A stretch of DNA of 64,000 bases from Bilabrum cf. latius (taxonomy: Eukaryota): NCBI GenBank assembly GCA_965178125.1, contig OZ237744.1, positions 310,001 to 374,000 of the forward strand, given 5' to 3'. The notes beneath the pieces are model-generated. The model made no database searches. It was not told where the DNA came from and saw only the letters and a program-made list of their open reading frames with translations. Position numbers and translations under genes: made by a program. Positions 62,001 through 64,000 of this stretch are shown here, in pieces (the stretch's first letter is position 1; each line of letters starts with the position of its first letter).

Positions 62001-64000
62001 GGCCGGGCCGACCTAGCTCGGTGCCTGTCGGGCGCAAGGCGACTCGGGCAGCTCGCAAACGCAAGCATGTAGAGCTGGAGCTGCTGGAGGACAGCGATGG
62101 CAGCTCGGTCGCACCTATTGATGCTGAAGGCAGGGAAGGCTCGTCGCGGAACGATTCCACGAACCCGTCCTCGGCTGCGATGGCTGCTGCTGCCGCTGGG
62201 GCTGGCATGGAGACGGTGCCACCAAGCCCAGTTGCGATGCGGGGGTCGAACGGTGGGGAGACTCGAGGCAGGTCGAGAGGCGACGAGCCGAGCCCCAGTG
62301 CAGGCATTGCGTTTCGTTCAGATGGGTCCGGTGCAGCGAGAGTGCGGCGGCCGACGGCCTCTCCGCCAGCCCACCCAACGCAGGTACCTCTGGACTCTGC
62401 GGGTTCTCCGATCGGGCATGAGGTAGGAGCCGTCGCTGGCGTCTCGCACGGGTCTGCTGGTGAAGCAAGCGGCAGCAGCGGGGGCGCAGCAGCTGGTTAG
62501 GTTAGATCAGCCTTTGCTAGCGGTGGCTCCGGCGAGTACAGTTCGGACGGCGGGGCTGGTGACGACGCCCATGCTCACAAGAAAAGGCGGGTGGGCATGG
62601 GCGCTGCTGCGACAGGTTCGGTTGCTTCGATGGATGGCATCCCTTCCAAGATGGTTCTGCGGAGGTTCTAGTCCGCTCCAGGCAGTACGACGCTGGGGAT
62701 GCCTGACTGGCAACGCAGCGTTTCAGACCAGGCAGATGGCCCCTCGGTTGCAGCTGGGGGCAGCAGCAACCCCCCTGTAGCTGGCGTGGCACCTCACAGG
62801 CAGCGCAGCCGACGCTCCATCGCGTTTGCTGACGAAAAAGAGGCAAGTAGATTCATCGGCACGGCAGATGACAAGCCACAGCACCCTTCGGGCAGTGCAG
62901 GGACGATTCCCTCCTCCTAGCCAGCCTAGCAGGCTGCTAGCTCTTCCATGGAGGGGGGCTCTGGTTCTGCCGCCATGGATGGGAGCTCTGCCCGCGGCAT
63001 CTTGAAGAATCGGCTGGAGCAATCGCCACGACTGCCCCCCGTCACGAGCTCGGCATTTTTCGGTGCGAGCAGCGAGCAGGACAGCGAGAGCAAGCTCGAC
63101 GCCTTCCTGCGCACCGGTGCGGTGGCTGAAACAAAGACTCCCTCTGGGCCTGGTGCTGTGGACGGCCATGGGTTCAGTAACAGGGTGCCTCCAAGGACTT
63201 CGATGGCTGGCAGCAGAGTCCCTCAGCATACGGGTGAGTCGGGCACGGCAGGAGCTGCTGCTCCGCGCTTGGCGCACACGGTTGGCAGCAGGGTCGGCGG
63301 TGTCGACAGGTAGCTTGCCGGCTCGGGCACGGAGTCGAGCGGTAGAGTAGCAAGGTCACTGCTGGGCAGCGGCAGCGGGTAGATGGGGCTGGATCTGTCG
63401 TCGAACGTGCTTGGCCGTGGCTCCGGGCCCCTGCTGTACCCTGGGGAGGCTGCAGCTACCGGGGGGAGCGGGCGAGTCTCCAGGCGGGCATCTGCGGATT
63501 CAGGCAGCATGAACGTAGTCACCCCGTCGTCTACGAGTCATTTGAAGCAATCTTCTAGGAAGGGATGGCTGGTGGGCGGCCCGCTTACGACAGTAGAGGC
63601 AGGCGATCCGTTCGGGCCGGACAAGCAGGTCGAGTACTCGTTCTACCCCGGGAGCGGGGACTGCGATTGCCCCGGTGCGAACGTCGTGAACGTGCCTGTG
63701 CCGCCCCTATGGCGCGCAACGAAGACGAAACCGAAGCGTCCCACTGCTTCAATCCCTGCAAAGGTAGGGCGACTTGCTGCCAGACAGGCCATCGAGGACC
63801 GACTGATCCCTGCACTCCGCGCGTTTGGTCCCGATCTCATCCTCATTTCCGCGGGCTTTGATGGGGGTTCACACGATATCGGCAACTCGAGGCCGGACGG
63901 CAAGGCTACCCCGGGCATGGATCTGAAACCCGAGGATTTCGCCCACATCACCAGCCGAATCCTGGATGTGTCTCGGTCGTGCTGCCCTGGTCGGGTCGTA
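59027..64000 (+). CDS. Ankyrin-repeat class II-type histone deacetylase (3' truncated by window)
   Basis: Intron 59188-59289. Ankyrin repeats GYGPAHWAA, GETALHRAC, HTPLDVA. HDAC motifs HQEAPERL, RVHS, VRPPGHHAG, GFCIFN, DLDVHHGNGT, FYPGSG, PDLILISAGFD. One frame with only TAG interruptions. Confidence 0.9.

Noticed and set aside
1-64000. Mass pseudogenisation or RIP-like C-to-T decay explaining in-frame stops
   Set aside because: Decay would also create TAA (from CAA), TGA (from CGA) and frameshifts. Only TAG interrupts the frames, and catalytic motifs are intact.
1-64000. U-to-C or A-to-I mRNA editing repairing every TAG
   Set aside because: It would need editing at well over a hundred unrelated contexts, and A-to-I would give Trp. 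It is less parsimonious but not formally excluded without RNA reads.

Overview
This is gene-dense, GC-rich eukaryotic (protist-like) nuclear DNA with about 17 protein-coding genes, short GT-AG introns and very short divergent promoters. The standard-code ORF track is fragmented because TAG is used as a sense codon. Consecutive ORF fragments stay in one frame and are separated only by TAG, including one 13.6 kb exon with >35 in-frame TAG and no TAA/TGA. At conserved positions TAG aligns with glutamine (SIAE VL[Q]RE and RWA[Q]TA, ACADM LTED[Q]). Genes end in TGA (15 cases) or TAA (1 case), and I found no internal TAA. The best reading is a rare split nuclear code: UAG=Gln, UAA/UGA=stop. Re-read this way, the window encodes a JMJD7-like hydroxylase, a ~2000-aa membrane protein, an ankyrin protein, a sialate O-acetylesterase, a GBP-coiled-coil-PH GTPase and a ~4590-aa MARCH6/Doa10-like ligase. 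It also encodes USB1, a cyanobacterial-type Ycf21 chorismate lyase, an LYR protein, ACADM, a PP2C, a TEX47-like protein, a CHASE hybrid histidine kinase, a TFIIS-M/F-box-like protein, MGST3, a TraB-like protein and an ankyrin-HDAC. Family calls come from remembered motifs, not database searches. A flagellated SAR/stramenopile-like source is only a tentative inference. I saw no RNA genes, mobile elements or CRISPR arrays.
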